From Stramenopiles sp. TOSAG23-2 (lineage: Eukaryota), in NCBI GenBank assembly GCA_900128395.1, contig LT649295.1, positions 1 through 43,938 of the forward strand: DNA of 43,938 nt, in the 5' to 3' direction. Below the pieces are notes generated by a model. The model was not told where the DNA came from. It did no database searches and worked only from the letters and a program-made list of their open reading frames with translations. Shown here piece by piece: positions 42,653-43,938 of this stretch; positions within the stretch are counted from its first letter, which is position 1, and each line of letters opens with the position of its first letter. A program made the position numbers and the translations under genes.

Positions 42653-43698
42653 ATGGCAACAACAACTACATCATCATCGCAATCAATTGGTGTATTACAG
42701 GAACAAGGTAAGTAAATGTTTTATTTCCCTAAACTTGCAATAGAGACACTCATTAACACATAACATACCTTTTCATACATTTCACAGGTATACCACGTCA
42801 ATCATTTGAACAAGTGTTGAAAGATAATGGTAATTTCAATATTGTATGGAAAGTAACCGAGGAAGAAATTGCAAATACAAGCGATAATGATAAATGTGTT
42901 GCATTAATTACTGTAAACAAACCTATCAATGAAGCAATCTTAAATCAATATAAAAACGTAAAAGCAGTCTTAGTTGCATTTACTGGTTATGGTATACATG
43001 ATCTTGATTTATGCAAAGAAAGAAATATATCTGTATATAATGTACCAGATTATTCAAGTAGCAGCGTAGCAGAACTAGCAATTGGTTTAACATTAGCAGT
43101 CTTGCGAGAAATACCAAAAGGGGAAAATGTATTGCGTAATGGTGGTTGGGCATTTAGTCCAGGTGGAAATGATTTACGTGGTAAAACCGTTGGTATCGTG
43201 GGTACTGGTACAATTGGAATTTGCACTGCTAAATTATTCAATGCATTTGGATGTAAATTAATTGGTTGGAGTAGAAGTGAAAGACAAGAATTTAAAGACT
43301 TAGGTGGTATATATGTATCAAGGGAAGAGTTATTTTCAACGGCAGATATTGTATCATTACATATACCGAATAATAAAGAAACAAGGAAATGTATCGGTGA
43401 AAATGATTTTCAATTATTAAAACCACCATCCATTCTAATCAATACAGCAAGAGGGCAAGTATGTGATCAAGATGCATTAGTGAAATATCTTGTCAATGGT
43501 AAATTCCGTGCTGGTTTAGATGTATATGCAATTGAACCATTACCAGAAGATGATGGTGGATTAAGAAAATGTGATAATGTTGTAATTACGCCACATGTTG
43601 CATATAAAACAAAAGAAGCATTAACACGACGTGCAGCAATTACAGCAAATAATGCTATTAATGCTTTGAATGGAGACGATACAAATCGCGTTGGATAA
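42653..43698 (+). CDS. D-isomer-specific 2-hydroxyacid dehydrogenase, two exons (42653-42707 and 42788-43698)
   Basis: Motifs VAFTG, NVPDYS-x2-SVAE, GIVGTGTIG, INTARG, LDVY-x2-EP and TPHVAY. Splicing joins MATTTTSSSQSIGVLQEQ-G-IPRQSFEQV in frame. Confidence 0.92.
42708..42787 (+). other. Spliceosomal intron (80 nt, phase 1)
   Basis: AG|GTAAGT donor, branch-like CATTAAC/CATAAC, pyrimidine-rich tract and CACAG|G acceptor. Removing it restores the frame to the upstream ATG. Confidence 0.9.
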
Positions 43699-43938
43699 AA
43701 AAAATATTTGTCGGGTGTTTGTTTTGTTTCTATATGTATTATTTATTTCATGTTATGTGTATATCGTCGATAACAAATTAACACTATTCACTATGGGGCA
43801 AAAAAATATTTTATAAATAAAAATGCCATTTTGATTTTTCATAGAATTATAGATTATTTATCCGAACATATATATAGCCCCCCTAATGTTGTAAGTACTA
43901 CTTCCACGACATTATTGATAGGAAATGAAAGTAGTAGT

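Noticed and set aside
1114..43698. Metabolic gene cluster (hydrolase, PhyH, GaaA, 2-hydroxyacid dehydrogenase)
   Set aside because: The genes are dispersed among unrelated housekeeping genes and no coherent pathway links them.

Overview
AT-rich, gene-dense, almost intron-free eukaryotic nuclear DNA. Proteins carry poly-Asn/Thr/Gln runs, (TA)n microsatellites are common, and there is one clear GT-AG intron. The gene content suggests a protist, plausibly a stramenopile (inference). About 18 coding loci: a partial multi-TM protein, an alpha/beta-hydrolase + hotdog thioesterase fusion ending in SKL, nucleus-encoded mitochondrial ATP synthase alpha, a DIX-like + STK16/NAK kinase, a PhyH dioxygenase, an unknown membrane protein, a frameshifted membrane-anchored LRR gene, a secreted Cys-repeat protein, CENP-S, an intronless 3702-aa fibrocystin-L-like protein, an ankyrin relic, a GaaA-like D-galacturonate reductase, an out-of-frame TPR/TM junction, a TYW3-Kelch-TYW2 fusion, a frameshifted Tudor-knot + RBR-like E3 ligase, an MsrB-like protein and a D-2-hydroxyacid dehydrogenase. 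The clearest feature missing from the ORF track is a complete, very young 661-bp TRIM-type LTR retroelement at 34138-34798. It has 182-bp LTRs differing at one base, an ATCTT target-site duplication, a copia-like non-TGG primer site and a polypurine tract. No rRNA, tRNA or CRISPR array was seen.
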